DNA of 64,000 bases from Acidobacteriota bacterium (GTDB taxonomy: Bacteria > Acidobacteriota > UBA890 > WLXD01), in assembly GCA_963666215.2 (NCBI GenBank), contig CAXWPL010000004.1:928001-992000 (forward strand), in the 5' to 3' direction. Position 1 is the first letter of the stretch. Each line of letters opens with the position of its first letter. Under the pieces are notes generated by a model. That model saw only the letters and a program-made list of their open reading frames with translations, was not told the DNA's origin and did no database searches. Below are positions 1-10,239 of the stretch, one piece after another. A program made the position numbers and the translations under genes.

Positions 1-8
1 AGGCAACG

Positions 9-2306
9 ATGACCGGTGGTGAGGAACCCGTGCGGCTCACGGGCGTGGCGACGTCGGCGACTCTGTTTCCGCTACTTCGTGTCGACGCCGAGCTCGGTCG
101 AACGTTCGGCCTCGACGAGGAGGAGCCAGGCCAGGACGGGGTCATCCTGCTGAGTTATCGAACCTGGCAGCGCTATTTTGGAGGCGCCGGAACGGGCGGC
201 GAGGGCGGCACCGAGGTGGTCGGCACCTCCGTCACGCTCGACGGTCAGCCACGAACCGTGGTGGGCGTCATGCCGGCCGGGTTCCGTTTTCCTGACGACG
301 GCGTGGAGTATTGGGTGCCGCTGCTGAACCGTGTTCCGGAAAGCGACGATCCGTTCGAGCAGGTCGCCAGCCAGGGGACCTCGGTGCGGCGCGAGATACG
401 CGAGGAAAGGCAGGCAGGGCCGGGTGCGGCGGATCCCGAGGGGCCCGGCGGCGGTGGCGGCGCCCGTGGCGTACCGGGTCCGGGTGGTCCCGAGGTGCAC
501 GAGATCGAGCTTTGGGGGTCGGTTGTTGGCCGGCTCGCGGCCGGCGTTAGCACGGCGCTGGCGGCGGAGGAAGGGACCGCGTTGGCGCGCGGACTGAACG
601 AGGGCGAAGAGGACCTGCAGGCCCGAAGCGTTGACGTTGAATCGCTGCAAGACGAGCTTGTAGGCCCGGTACGGCGCTCGCTGTTGCTGCTCATGGGAGC
701 CGTCGGCTTCGTGCTGCTGATCGCCTGCGCCAACGTCGCGAATCTCGTCATGGCGCGCGCCACCGAGCGTCGCAAGGAAATCGCGGTTCGGGCCGCCCTG
801 GGCGCCGGTTCGTCACGACTGGCCCGACTGCTGTTCTCGGAGAGCCTGCTCACCGCCGGTCTCGGCGCCGTCGTCGGCTTGGGCCTGGCGTACGGTGGCC
901 TGCGGATGCTCGGCGTATTGGCACCCGGATTCATCCCGAGAATCGAGGGCGTTGCGATTGACGCGCGTGTTCTTCAGTTCACCGTGTTGCTCACGGTCTC
1001 GACCGCGATCCTGTTCAGCGTGCTGCCGGCGCGGAGTGCACGTCGCCTCGACCTGAGCGGCGCCCTGAAGGACGACGGTGGTGGGCTGGGCGCCGGCGTG
1101 CATGCCGGCAGCGGTCTGTTCCGCCGCGTTCTCGTGGTCGCCGAGGTGGCGCTTTCCGTGGTCCTGTTGGTGGGTGCCGGACTTCTCGTGTCGAGCTTCG
1201 TCCACCTCACGCGAGTCGATCCGGGCTACGACACCGGCAACCTGCTGCATGTGCAGCTGCAGCTACCCGCCAGCGCCTATCCCGATGGCCCTGCGCACCT
1301 GGACTTCTACGATCGCCTGGTCGATCGTCTCGAAGCGATCCCTGGCGTCGAGTCGGCGGCGGTCACGAATCAGCCACCATCGATACCGGCCAACATCCGT
1401 GTCTCGATTCGGGAAAGCGACGGACCCGAGCCGCCGCCCGACGAGCAGCCCACGGCCGTTGGCGTGCGCATGGTGGAGAACGGCTACTTCGACACGCTCC
1501 GCGGACACGTTCTCGAGGGGCGTACGTTCACCCCAGACGACCGGCCGGAAACCAACACCGTGGCTGTGCTCAGCAGGTCGGGCGCGGAGTCGATCTACGG
1601 CGAGCGCAACCCGATTGGAGAGCGACTTGCCTTCATAGGCGGGCAGCAGCTCGAGATCATAGGCCTGGTCGACGATGTGCGTACCGCTGGGGTCGACCCG
1701 AGCCCGCAGCCCGACATCTTTATGCCCTATCGCCAGGCACCGGGCCCCATGGTGCCGATGCTGTTCAGAACTGCCCACGTTCTGGTTCGTACCGGCCCGG
1801 CGCCGCTCACCGTACTGCCGGCACTTCGCGCACAGCTCCGCCTGCTCGATTCCTCGATCCCGGTTCTGAGCGTAGCCACGATGCGCGATAGGCTCGCCGA
1901 ATCGGTGGCCGAGCCGCGTTTCTACGCCGGACTGGTGGCTGCGTTTGCCGTATTAGCGCTGCTCCTGGCGGCGGTCGGGATTTACGGGCTTCTCTCCTAC
2001 ACCGTGCAGCAGGGCGTTCGAGACACCGCCATCCGCAGAGCGCTCGGCGCTCGTCCCGGCAAGATCCTCGGCGGCGTTGTGAGCCACGGTTTGACGCTTG
2101 CGGCTATCGGCTTGCTGCTCGGCATGGCACTGGCCATGGGTCTGACCCGGCTTCTCGAGTCGATGCTCTTCGAGATCGAGGCCACCGACCCGGCAACACT
2201 GGCGATCGTCGTTTGTCTGTTCGTCGCCACTGCCCTCGCCGCGGTGCTCATGCCAGCTCTTCGGGCGATGCGTATCGACCCGATGGACGTCTTGCGCGGG
2301 AGCTAG
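9..2306 (+). CDS. ADOP-type duplicated ABC transporter permease (MacB/FtsX domains), 5' part runs off the window
   Basis: Motifs LLIACANVANL..RRKEIAVRAALGA and VAEVALSVVLLVGAGLL, C-terminal PALRAMRIDPMDVLR; frame open to window start. Confidence 0.92.
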   Translation: MTGGEEPVRLTGVATSATLFPLLRVDAELGRTFGLDEEEPGQDGVILLSYRTWQRYFGGAGTGGEGGTEVVGTSVTLDGQPRTVVGVMPAGFRFPDDGVEYWVPLLNRVPESDDPFEQVASQGTSVRREIREERQAGPGAADPEGPGGGGGARGVPGPGGPEVHEIELWGSVVGRLAAGVSTALAAEEGTALARGLNEGEEDLQARSVDVESLQDELVGPVRRSLLLLMGAVGFVLLIACANVANLVMARATERRKEIAVRAALGAGSSRLARLLFSESLLTAGLGAVVGLGLAYGGLRMLGVLAPGFIPRIEGVAIDARVLQFTVLLTVSTAILFSVLPARSARRLDLSGALKDDGGGLGAGVHAGSGLFRRVLVVAEVALSVVLLVGAGLLVSSFVHLTRVDPGYDTGNLLHVQLQLPASAYPDGPAHLDFYDRLVDRLEAIPGVESAAVTNQPPSIPANIRVSIRESDGPEPPPDEQPTAVGVRMVENGYFDTLRGHVLEGRTFTPDDRPETNTVAVLSRSGAESIYGERNPIGERLAFIGGQQLEIIGLVDDVRTAGVDPSPQPDIFMPYRQAPGPMVPMLFRTAHVLVRTGPAPLTVLPALRAQLRLLDSSIPVLSVATMRDRLAESVAEPRFYAGLVAAFAVLALLLAAVGIYGLLSYTVQQGVRDTAIRRALGARPGKILGGVVSHGLTLAAIGLLLGMALAMGLTRLLESMLFEIEATDPATLAIVVCLFVATALAAVLMPALRAMRIDPMDVLRGS

Positions 2307-2386
2307 GACAGGAGGCGGTAGCGGAAGGGTCGGGCCGGCGATCGCTTGCAGCACGGGTCTCGGGCCGGGCGTGGCCCGCGCTCGAG

Positions 2387-3505
2387 CTAGGTGCCGACGA
2401 TACGCAGCGCCTTGTCGAAACTGGTGAGGATCTCGGCGCCGTCCTCTTGGACCCAAAGGTCGTCTTCGATGCGCACTCCGCCCCAGCCCTCGAGGTACAG
2501 ACCAGGCTCGACGGTGATGACGCTGCCGATGCCAAGAGGATCGTGGTTGCCTTCCATCACCGACGGCGGCTCGTGGATGTCGATACCGAGGCCGTGGCCG
2601 GTGCGGTGCTTGAAGTAACCGTCGAAGGCAGGATCCTGTAGCGGCGCTTGCGCCGCGGTGTGTACCTCGTGGGATGTGGCGGCGGCGTTGGTGGCGGCGC
2701 AGCCGGCGATGTTCCCCGCGAGCACGGCTTCGTACACCTGCCGCATCTGGTCGCTGGGCTCGCTGCCGACAACAAACGTCCGGGTGATATCGCAGTGGTA
2801 GCCGTTGTAGCTCGTTCCGTAATCGATCAACAGAAACTCGCCGTTGCCCAGGGGCCGGTTGTCCGGAACACCGTGCGGCAACGCGCTCTTCGGACCGCCG
2901 AGGATAATGGGCCCGAACGAGATACCCTCGCCGCCTTTGCCCAGCAGGCGGCTGCAGAGTTGCGCGGAGATCTCCCTCTCGGTCATACCGACGCGCACGA
3001 GGGCCAGCACCTCCTCCAGTGATTCTTCTGCGATGCGGGCCGCTCGACGGATAGACTCGGCTTCCTCGGCGTCCTTGTATTGCCGCAACGCGTTGACCGT
3101 GGCTTGCGCGTCGACGAACTCGGCGTCCGGCAGGTTGGCCGCGAGCACCGAGTACTCCATGTAACGAAGCCCCAGCGGTTCGATCCCCACCTTGGTTGCA
3201 GCGAACGACGCGCACGCCGCGGCCGCCGCGACGCCTGGTCCGTCCTTGTCGTCCCACAGGAACACAGTCTGGACCACCGGAACCGAGCTCTTCCAGTTGT
3301 GCTCCTCGAGCTCGGGGAGAATGGCCGCAGGCGCGCCGGTGGCAGGAATGAACAGCAGGAAGAGTCGCTCGTGGGCGTCGAACGCGTGGCCGGTGAGGTA
3401 GGTGAGACTGGGGCTCGGGGCCAGCACCAACAGATCGATACCTGCTTCTCGGACTTCCTCCTGCAGTCGCCCGATACGGTCGTTGTTCGAGTTGCTGTCG
3501 CTCAT
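2387..3505 (-). CDS. Xaa-Pro peptidase (M24 family, creatinase N-domain)
   Basis: IDYG..Y.CDITRT, HRTGHGLGIDIHEPP, TVEPGLY, GVRIEDD metal-binding motifs. Confidence 0.93.
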   Translation of the reverse strand: MSDSNSNNDRIGRLQEEVREAGIDLLVLAPSPSLTYLTGHAFDAHERLFLLFIPATGAPAAILPELEEHNWKSSVPVVQTVFLWDDKDGPGVAAAAACASFAATKVGIEPLGLRYMEYSVLAANLPDAEFVDAQATVNALRQYKDAEEAESIRRAARIAEESLEEVLALVRVGMTEREISAQLCSRLLGKGGEGISFGPIILGGPKSALPHGVPDNRPLGNGEFLLIDYGTSYNGYHCDITRTFVVGSEPSDQMRQVYEAVLAGNIAGCAATNAAATSHEVHTAAQAPLQDPAFDGYFKHRTGHGLGIDIHEPPSVMEGNHDPLGIGSVITVEPGLYLEGWGGVRIEDDLWVQEDGAEILTSFDKALRIVGT

Positions 3506-3544
3506 GGTTCGCGTGCCTCTCTCTTGCGTTGAAGTAGGTCGATC

Positions 3545-6077
3545 TCAGCTCGATTTCAGAACCTGTAACGGGTCGAGGCGCGCCGCGCGCCAGGCAGGAA
3601 CGGCGCATGCCACCAGCGTCAGCATCAGCGTAGCGACTGCCACTTCCACGTACGTCAGGGGGTCGAGCGGCGTTACGCCGAACAACGAGCTACGAAGGCC
3701 GCTCGACAGCATCGCCGCGAGTCCGAGGCCCAGCACCGCGCCGATTCCCGCGAGACGGAGGCCATGGCCCAGGACATGCGTCGACAAGTTGCCGGCGGTG
3801 GCACCGAGGGCGGATCGGACGCCGAGCTCGCGTGTCGCCTGGCTGACGTAGGTCGAGACGGTGCCGTACAGACCGATCGCCGCCAGCACCACGGCGATGG
3901 CTGCGAAACACGCAATCAGTAGCAGCAGGCGCGTTGTCGGAGCCACGTTGTCGTCAACGTACGTCTGCAACGGCCGGATGCCGAACAGCGGCAACTCCGC
4001 GTCGAGCCCGGTGACCTCGGCACGAACCGCGTCGACTACAGCCGCTGTTCCGATTGCGCCCGCTCGGGTGGAGATTGCCAACGTCATGCTGCGCCGCGGC
4101 GACTGGCCATGCGGCAGGTAGACCTGCTCGGTGGCGAGGGTCCGCAGGCCGGTGTTGCGTACATGCTCGGTAACACCGACAACCTCGCACCACACGGCGG
4201 TGGTGATGCCCTCATAGAAAACCTCGACCTTGAGCTGCCGACCGATGGGATTCGTGCCGGGCCAGGCGCGCGCCGCGAGGCGTTCGTCGACGATAACGAC
4301 GTTGGGGGCTGCCGACGTGTCGGCTGGGCCGAAGAATCGGCCGTGTACCAGGTCGGTGCCGAGAACCTCGAAGTAGCCCGGCGAGACCACACGGTAGTCG
4401 GCCACCGCTTGTCCCCAGGGCAGTTCGCCCTCGGCTGTTCTGTAGCTGTAGGGCGCGGTGACGCTGGCGCTGCTGCCGAGCGGCACCATTTCGGTGACCC
4501 CGGCCGCTTCTACGGCGGGAATCGCCGCGACGCGCTCGACTAGCCGCGAGTAGAAGTCGACGATGGGTTGCGGTTCTTCGTACAGGTAGCGGGTGAACGG
4601 TAGCGACATGCGAACCGTGAGCACATTGTCGGCGCGGAAGCCCGGGGACACTCGTAGCAGTTCGCCGTAGCTGCGCAGCAGAAGCCCGGCTCCCACCATG
4701 AGCGTCAGCGCGAGCGCCACCTCCGCGATCACCAGCGCGCCGCGCAGGCCTCGACCCTTGGCACCGGCCACGGCGCGCCCCCCGGGCCTTGATTGCCTCG
4801 GCAACATTCGTCGAGGCGGCGCGATAGGCGGGCAGGCAGCCGGCGGCGACGCCAACGAGACCGGCGACGCCGAGGGTGACGGCGAAGACGCCGATGTCTA
4901 TGCCCAAGCCGAGCTTGCCGGCACCGCCGAGCTCGCCCACGCGGGGCAGGTCGGTTGGATCGAGTGCGATCAGAGCGCGCAGTCCGGCCCGCGCCACTAT
5001 CAACGCACCCACGGCGCCGGCAGCGAAGAGCATTCCTGTTTCGAGTAGCGTCTGACGTGCCACGCCAGCGCGCGGCGCGCCCAGGGCGGCGCGCAGACTG
5101 GTTTCGTGGCGCCGGCCCGACTCGCGCAGCAGCAGCAGGCCCACCACATTGGCGCAAGCAACCAGAACCACGAGAGCCGCGGCGCCGAGCAGCGCGAGCA
5201 GGCCCGGTCGCAGTGGCGCGGTGAGATCTGCGTGCATCGGCACTGCGTCGAACGTAAGGCCGTTGTCTTCGTACACCGGGTGGAGCTGCCGCAACCTCGC
5301 GACCACCGCACCGAGCTCACCGCCGACAGCGTCGGTGCTCGCGGTGTCGTTGTTGGCATCGACGCGCAGTCGACCGACGGTCGCGAACAGGTGCCAGTCT
5401 GTTTGCATCGTCGCCAGATCGGTCTGCCAGGGCAGCCAGGCCCCGAAGCTGCGCGGTAGCGTCGCGCCGGCGGGCATCAACACCGAAAAATCTTCTGGCA
5501 TGACGCCGACGACGGTGTAGGGACTACCGTTGAAACGCACAGCGCTGCCGACGATGCCAGGATCGCCGCTGTAGCGCCGCTGCCAAACGTCGTGAGCCAG
5601 CAGAATGACCGCCGGCCCGTCGGGGAGGTCTTCTTCGCTGCTGAAGGTGCGTCCCAGCAGTGGCGGGACGCCCAGCACGTCGAAGAATCGCGGTGACACC
5701 CAGCCAATGTCGATCTGTTCCGGGTCGCGGATGGCGCTTCTGCCGCTGTTGTCCCGGACATCGGTCAGGCTACCGAAACGACCCCAAATGCCGGCAAGAT
5801 CATCGAAGCCCGAGGCCTGATCGCGGAGCGCCTGGAGCTCCGGGCCCGAGATGCGCCCAACCACGTTTTCGGCGCGCTCGAAGCGGCTCCAAACCATCAT
5901 CAGCGAATCTGCCTCGGGATACGGCAGCGGCCGCAAGATGACGCCGTCGACCACGCCGTAAACTGCCGCGAGCACCCCGATGGCGAGGCTGAGAGTCAGC
6001 ATCACGATAACGCTGAGGGCGGGCGCGGCGCGTAGCGCGCGGAAGGCGTAGCGCAGGTCTCTCGAGAGGATCGTCAT
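3545..6077 (-). CDS. ADOP-type duplicated ABC permease, split by a frameshift near 4780-4790
   Basis: N-half in ORF 4212..6077 (DLRYAFRALR, LVACANVVGL), C-half in ORF 3545..4855 (IAEVALALTLMVGAGLL..PAWRAARLDP); break lies at a C6/G6 run, so possibly a sequencing error. Confidence 0.85.
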
Positions 6078-6144
6078 GGGTCCTGCCGGTGTTGGCGAAG
6101 AGCTCCCTGAGTGGAATTCTTGCGCTGCGATCGTCGCCAGCCGA

Positions 6145-6153
6145 TGCTACACT
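6145..6153 (+). promoter_or_regulatory. Putative extended -10 promoter (TGnTACACT) for rpmG
   Basis: TGCTACACT about 125 nt upstream of rpmG, in the loop of inverted repeat GCCGATG/CATCGGC. Confidence 0.4.
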
Positions 6154-6250
6154 CATCGGCTCTGGCAAACTGGAGCCCGGTCTTGCCCTAACTCTTGATC
6201 TCGGACCAGCCCTGTCCGAGGGCATGACCTTTCGCTCCCCTGATCCTGGA

Positions 6251-6268
6251 GGGGGGGGGGGGGGGGGG
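6251..6268. repeat. Poly-G tract (18 nt) at the rpmG ribosome-binding region
   Basis: Direct reading of the sequence. Confidence 0.9.
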
Positions 6269-6278
6269 AGTTGATCAG

Positions 6279-6440
6279 ATGGCAAAAGCAGGAAACCGCG
6301 TGCACGTGAAGCTCCGCAGCACCGAGAGCCCGCACCGCTACTACACGCGCAAGAACAAGCGCAACACGACCAACCGGCTCGAGCTGCGCAAGTACGATCC
6401 GGTCGTACGTCGGCACGTTCTCTATAAAGAAGAGAAGTAG
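6279..6440 (+). CDS. rpmG: 50S ribosomal protein L33 (Cys-free, non-zinc form)
   Basis: Manual translation [53 protein letters not shown]; absent from the ORF track (53 aa). Confidence 0.96.
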   Translation: MAKAGNRVHVKLRSTESPHRYYTRKNKRNTTNRLELRKYDPVVRRHVLYKEEK

Positions 6441-6580
6441 CGCCACCGGTTCGAGCAGCTTGCGCCGAACGAGCGCACAGCCGCGAGCTGGAGTAGAACG
6501 GTCCGGTCGCTCACCGTCGAGCCGCGCGCCAACGATCTGCAGACCAACGAAACGCCCCTCCGCCGGCATGGCGAAGGGGC

Positions 6581-8655
6581 GTCCAGGCGACTACGACGCT
6601 CGAGAATCGCACAGCGTTCTTCGGCAACTTCTATTTCTTGATGAACCTGGCAGCGTTCGTGGTGCAGCTGCTGATCACGTCGCAGGTGCATCGGTTCATG
6701 GGCATCGGCGTGGCGCTCGCGGTGCTGCCGGTCGCCATGGCAGGCGGCACCGCGGCGGTGCTGCTGGCGGGTGCCTTCGCCCCGGCGTTTCTGCTCTCTG
6801 CAGCGCTGTCGCTGAAGGTGGCCGAGAACGGCATTCGGTACTCGATCGACCAGTCGACCCGCGAGCTGCTGTTCTTGCCGGTTCCGTCGGCGACGCGTCG
6901 CCGCGCGAAGGCCACCATCGATGTCTTCATCCAGCGCTTCGGGAAGGGTGTGGCGGCGTTCCTGCTGCTGCCGGTGTTCCTGGGGTGGATGCCGGCGATC
7001 CAGGCGGGATGGCTGTCGTTCATCCTGATCGCTGTGTGGCTCGTGGTCACCGGCCGCATGCGCGACGAGTACGTCCGGTCGTTCCGCGACGGTCTGCGGG
7101 CGGTCACTGTCGATCCACGTGTGCCGGTCGATGTCTCCGACGCCACCAGCTTGCTGGTGCTGGTGCAGTCGCTCGACAGCGACGATGCCAACCAGGTGCT
7201 CCGCAGCCTGGACCTGATCGACCACCACGAAAAGGGCGAGCTCGTACCGCTGCTATTGCTCAGCCACCCCGACGCACGCGTGCGGAGACGCGCGCTGCAG
7301 GTTGCCGTCTGGGCCGGGCGTCCGGATGTGGTGGGGCGGATCGAGCCTTGCCTTGCCTCGCCGACGACGACATCGATGTGCGCGTGGAAGCGTTGCGGGC
7401 GCTCGCCGGGCTGCGCGGCCGTGACGCCGTTGCAATGATGACGCCGCGCCTGAGCGACCCGAACCCGAGGATACGGGCCGTGGCGATTGCTTCGATTGCC
7501 ACCGACCGCGAGTCGGCGGAGAACGAGGACGTCGCCGCGGCGATCGACGGCATGATGCGCGATGACGACTGGGAAACGCGCGCCGAGATCGCTGCCTTGC
7601 TTGGTCAGATCCCCGAGCCGAGCTACCAGAACGAGCTGTTAGGTCTGCTCTACGATGGCGAGCCGCGCGTTGCTCTTGCGGCGCTCGCCTCGATCCGCGA
7701 GCGTATTGAGCGCGGCGGCTTCAACCCCGTCTACCTGCCGACCCTCATCTCGCTCCTGCGTGTGCGTCGCCTCAAGCACGAGGCGCGCGACGCGCTGGTG
7801 GAGATCGGCGAGCCCGCGGTGCGGGCGCTCGTTCATTTCATGAACGACACCGAGGAGGCGTTCTGGGTCCGTCGCGCGGTTCCCAAGACCCTCGCTCGCA
7901 TCGGTACACGCGCCGCGGTACGCGCACTCGAGGCTCGGCTCGACGGCGACGACGCCTTCCAGCGCCGCAAGGTGATCGAGGCACTCGGAAGTGTGCACTC
8001 GGCCGCAGATGTCGACATCGACGGCGAGCTGGTCGAGCAGCGTGTGGTGGCCGAAACGCGCACCTACTTGCGGTACCTCGCCGACCTTCAGGTTCTCGGG
8101 CTGCACGCTAGCGACGGCGCAGTGTTCCGCGGTCCGCAGCTCACGTGGAGTGGGCGAGCGCCGACGTTGCTGCACAGTCTGCTGGCGAGCCGTCTCGCGG
8201 GCCAGGTGCGCCACGTATTCGGATTGCTCGCCTTGATCGAGTCGCGCCAAGACGTGTGGGCAGCGTACTACGGGCTCGTCGGCCCCAACCCGGCGCTGCG
8301 CACCCACGCGCTCGAGTACCTCGACAACGCGCTCTCGGGGGATGTGAGGCGTACCGTCTTTCTCGCCATTGATGACCTGACTCCCACCGAGCGCTTCGGG
8401 CGTGCTGAAGCGCAGCTTGGCATCACCTCCGACTCCCAGCCCGCGACGTTGCGCCGGATCTTCAGCGAGCGCGTGGAGGGAGACCCAGACTACCCTTGGC
8501 TGGCCGCGGCGGCCGTGCATGCCACGTACGCGTTGCAGGTGCAGTCGCTTCATGCCGAGGTGAAACGCATGGCCGACGCCGACCCCGACCCGCTGGTGTG
8601 CGAGACCGCCGCTTGGGTCGTCGATCGGCTATCCGAGGAAAGTGAATCCCGATGA
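6581..8655 (+). pseudogene. 5'-truncated, frameshifted Npt1/TLC-like MFS transporter fused to HEAT repeats
   Basis: Begins mid-transporter (TAFFGNFYFLMNL..RYSIDQSTRELLFLPVP..AKATIDVFIQRFGKG); 5-bp duplication GCCTT at about 7345-7354 shifts frame into HEAT repeats (VRVEALRAL, ALEYLDN); start approximate. Confidence 0.75.
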
Positions 8656-9146
8656 GCGAGCTCGCCCAGATCGAGAAAGTCGTGTTCCTGCAGAGCGTTG
8701 ATCTGTTCGCCTTCTGCTCCGCCGACGAGGTTCTGCGATTGGCGGCGTTGGCTCAGGAGCGCCGCTACGAAGAAGACGAAGTGATCTACCGCGAACACGA
8801 GGCGGCCGACGCGCTGTACTTTGTGTTCGACGGCGAAGTTGTGCTCAAGGATAGGGGCCGGGAGCTGCGGCGCGAGGCGCGTGGCGGATCCTTCGGCGCC
8901 CTCGAGATTCTCAGTGGCCAGCGGCGTGGTGCCGATGCGCAGGCTGTCAGTGCGTGTCTGTTGCTGGACATCGAGGCGGAGGAGTTCTTCGACCTGCTGT
9001 CGAACAACATCGAGATCGTCAAGGCGCTCTTCCGAACTCTTGCCGCCGGTGCAGGGCACGCCGACGGCGTAGGAGGGATTGGCGGGCTCGGCGAAACAAG
9101 TGAAGCCACTTCTCGAACAACCGGAGGCGCTCCGAGCACAGCGTGA
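8652..9146 (+). CDS. Cyclic nucleotide-binding domain protein
   Basis: IEKVVFLQSVDLF, IYREHEAADALYFVFDGEV, SFGALEIL..RRGADA; ATGA overlap with the HEAT gene. Confidence 0.88.
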   Translation: MSELAQIEKVVFLQSVDLFAFCSADEVLRLAALAQERRYEEDEVIYREHEAADALYFVFDGEVVLKDRGRELRREARGGSFGALEILSGQRRGADAQAVSACLLLDIEAEEFFDLLSNNIEIVKALFRTLAAGAGHADGVGGIGGLGETSEATSRTTGGAPSTA

Positions 9147-10036
9147 ACGTCCATCTCATCGACGGCACCTACGAGCTCTTCCGCCATCACTTCGCCGTGC
9201 GTCCATCGCAAGACCGCGATGGCAACGAGGTGGGCGCCGTGCTCGGAGTGGCTTCGTCGATGTTGGGGCTGCTGCGCGACGGAGCCACACACATCGGAGT
9301 GGCCACCGACCACGTGGTGGAGTCGTTCCGCAACCAGATGTGGGCCGATTACAAAACCAGCGCCGGCATGGAGCCGGAGCTCCTGGCGCAGTTCCCCGTG
9401 CTCGAGGAGTTCCTGGCGTCGATGGGTCTCGTGGTTTGGGCGATGGTCGACTACGAGGCCGACGACGCGTTGGCGTCGGCCGCGGCGCGCGCGGCGCGCG
9501 TTGCAGAATCCAGGGGAATCGACAAGATCATCATCTGCACGCCCGATAAGGATCTCAGCCAGTGTGTCGTCGGCGATCGAGTGGTTCAGCTCGATCGACG
9601 CGCCCGCGTGGAGCGCAACGAGGCCGGCGTGATCGAAAAGTTCGGCGTGCCCCCGACGTCGATTACCGACTACCTTGCGCTTGTTGGCGACGCCTCCGAC
9701 GGCTTTCCCGGAGTCCCTGGCTGGGGCGCTAAATCGACGGCAATCGTGCTGGGTCGGTATCTGACCCTGGAGCAAATTCCTCGATCGGCGAACGACTGGG
9801 ACGTCGCCGTGAGGGGGCGCGAGCGCCTCGCGGCCAACCTCGTGGAGCACTGGGAGAACGCGCTGCTGTTTCGTGACCTCGCCACACTGCGCACCGACGC
9901 GCCCGGCTTCGAGGACATCGAGGAGCTGCGCTGGCGTGGACCCGCTCGAGGGTTCGAGGTGCTGTGCGAGCGTCTGGCGGCGGGACGCGTGCTCGAAGAG
10001 GCGCGCTCGTTGGCCAGTGCCAGGGTTGCTGACTAG
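9143..10036 (+). CDS. 5'-3' exonuclease / flap endonuclease (PIN + H3TH)
   Basis: LIDGTYELFR, YEADDALAS, TPDKDL, DYLALVGDASDGFPGVPGWGAKS. Confidence 0.93.
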   Translation: MNVHLIDGTYELFRHHFAVRPSQDRDGNEVGAVLGVASSMLGLLRDGATHIGVATDHVVESFRNQMWADYKTSAGMEPELLAQFPVLEEFLASMGLVVWAMVDYEADDALASAAARAARVAESRGIDKIIICTPDKDLSQCVVGDRVVQLDRRARVERNEAGVIEKFGVPPTSITDYLALVGDASDGFPGVPGWGAKSTAIVLGRYLTLEQIPRSANDWDVAVRGRERLAANLVEHWENALLFRDLATLRTDAPGFEDIEELRWRGPARGFEVLCERLAAGRVLEEARSLASARVAD

Positions 10037-10037
10037 C

Positions 10038-10203
10038 TGTGTTCTCGGAGTAGGTTGTTCACTTCGGAGATCAACAGGCGGCCGGGATGCGGAGGATGTT
10101 CTTCGCAGCCCCTCGCTCCCCTCTGCCCTGCCGGCATTGGCATGCAACACCGATGGTTGGGGTCCCAGCGGCGAGTTCGTGAACAACCTCCCGAGAGCTC
10201 ACA
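10038..10203 (+). mobile_element. Non-autonomous IS481-family derivative (MITE, 166 bp)
   Basis: Ends TGTGTTCTCGGAGTAGGTTGTTCAC / GTGAACAACCTCCCGAGAGCTCACA match the TIRs of the IS481 at 28148-29190; interior resembles the transposase 3' end; flanks ACTAGC / AGTAGC. Confidence 0.88.
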
Positions 10204-10239
10204 AGTAGCTGGCCTCGTTCGGGACTCGTTCCACCCCGT

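Noticed and set aside
6160-6240. GGCAAAC as a c-di-GMP-I riboswitch
   Set aside because: The rest of the consensus (GAAA-capped P2, GCAAAG, P3) is absent
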